Of a stretch of DNA of 64,000 bases, positions 63,063 to 64,000 are shown in pieces. The DNA is taken from assembly GCF_032444005.1 (NCBI RefSeq), contig NC_091282.1:519250001-519314000 (forward strand), written 5' to 3'. Origin of the DNA: Ranitomeya imitator (Eukaryota). The notes beneath the pieces were generated by a model. The model was not told where the DNA came from. It did not search any database and saw nothing but the letters and a program-made list of their open reading frames with translations. Each line of letters opens with the position of its first letter. Positions within the stretch are counted from its first letter, which is position 1. A program made the translations under genes and the position numbers.

Positions 63063-64000
63063 GCTAAGGGTTTGTGTCCACTGTCAGGATTTACGGCGCT
63101 TTGGACGTAGCGGAGAACCCGCTCCGCTCAAAGCGCCGCCCCTTCTGAACGTGCGGTGATTCCGGATGTGTTCATTGCACACATCTGGAATCTCCGCACC
63201 CCATACATAGGGCCCTGTGATTTACCTTGCGTTGACGGACCGTCGCCGCAAGGTAAACAGACATGCTGCTTCTAAAAAGACGCGCCGCATGTCATAAAAT
63301 CCCCTCCACTATGCTGTAACATCTGGACGCTGTGGGTTGAACGCTGCGGTTGCACGCAGCGTTCAATCCGCAACTAATCTGGATGTAATCCGGCCCATTG
63401 ACACATACCGTTAGACCTTTATCAGAGTATGTTCGTTCAGCACTGCTGCTGACCACTGAGCCACCATGCTGCCCCAGATTACTGACATGTGCATTGAAGA
63501 ATCTCCCTCAGTACAGATTGAATTTGTTACTGTTGTTTGATTTACAAAAACCAACTACAGAAAACCAGACATCAGAGTATACTTTCCTACAATTAACAGG
63601 GAAACGGTTGCAGTAGAAAATGAGAGCTGTCAATTTTCAAGGCCATATTGTGGATTTCTGCGTATGACAAGGCCATTCATTTCCGTGTAAGCAGCAGGTT
63701 CTGTCACTATGGCTTGCCATAAATTAATGCTCCAGCCTAATTCAGACCTTCCAGATTGTGTTTTGTCGTTGGCCTGAACAAACTGACAGACAGATCCTTT
63801 GGCTGTTGTGCACAAAGCCCAACTTGGCAGCTTGTTTCTCCCTGGAAATACAAGACTGTCAACTCTATATAGCAGAGTATAAACCGTTGTGCATACACAG
63901 CTTGTACATAATATTGCTCGATTTAACTCTTGGTAGTCAAGTCTTTGTATATTCTTTTTACTGATTTTTAGCTTTTTTTTTATTTTATTTTTTAACTTTT

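Overview
This is eukaryotic vertebrate genomic DNA, most likely from a frog (inferred from the T2/Kolobok, Harbinger and hAT MITE families and the V-SINE-type SINEs). No prokaryotic features or CRISPR arrays are present. The window holds the 5' part of the SHB adaptor gene on the + strand: a CpG island, coding exon 1 (2514-3140), a 58,062-bp first intron and coding exon 2 (61203-61320). The intron is densely packed with nested transposons: two dead Tc1 elements, two non-autonomous Helitrons (one upstream of the gene), many Harbinger, hAT and Kolobok MITEs, tRNA-derived SINEs and minisatellites. The main finding is a 6.4-kb PIF/Harbinger element (15577-21998) whose two convergent, spliced genes both read without stops: a 411-aa DDE transposase and a 499-aa or longer MADF/Myb-like protein. 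It has mirror-image promoter motifs, head-to-head poly(A) signals and a damaged left TIR. The two-gene architecture is known for this superfamily; what may be new here is the state of this copy and its possible effect on SHB. Three N gaps limit some conclusions. All calls come from manual reading and recalled family knowledge, with no database searches.
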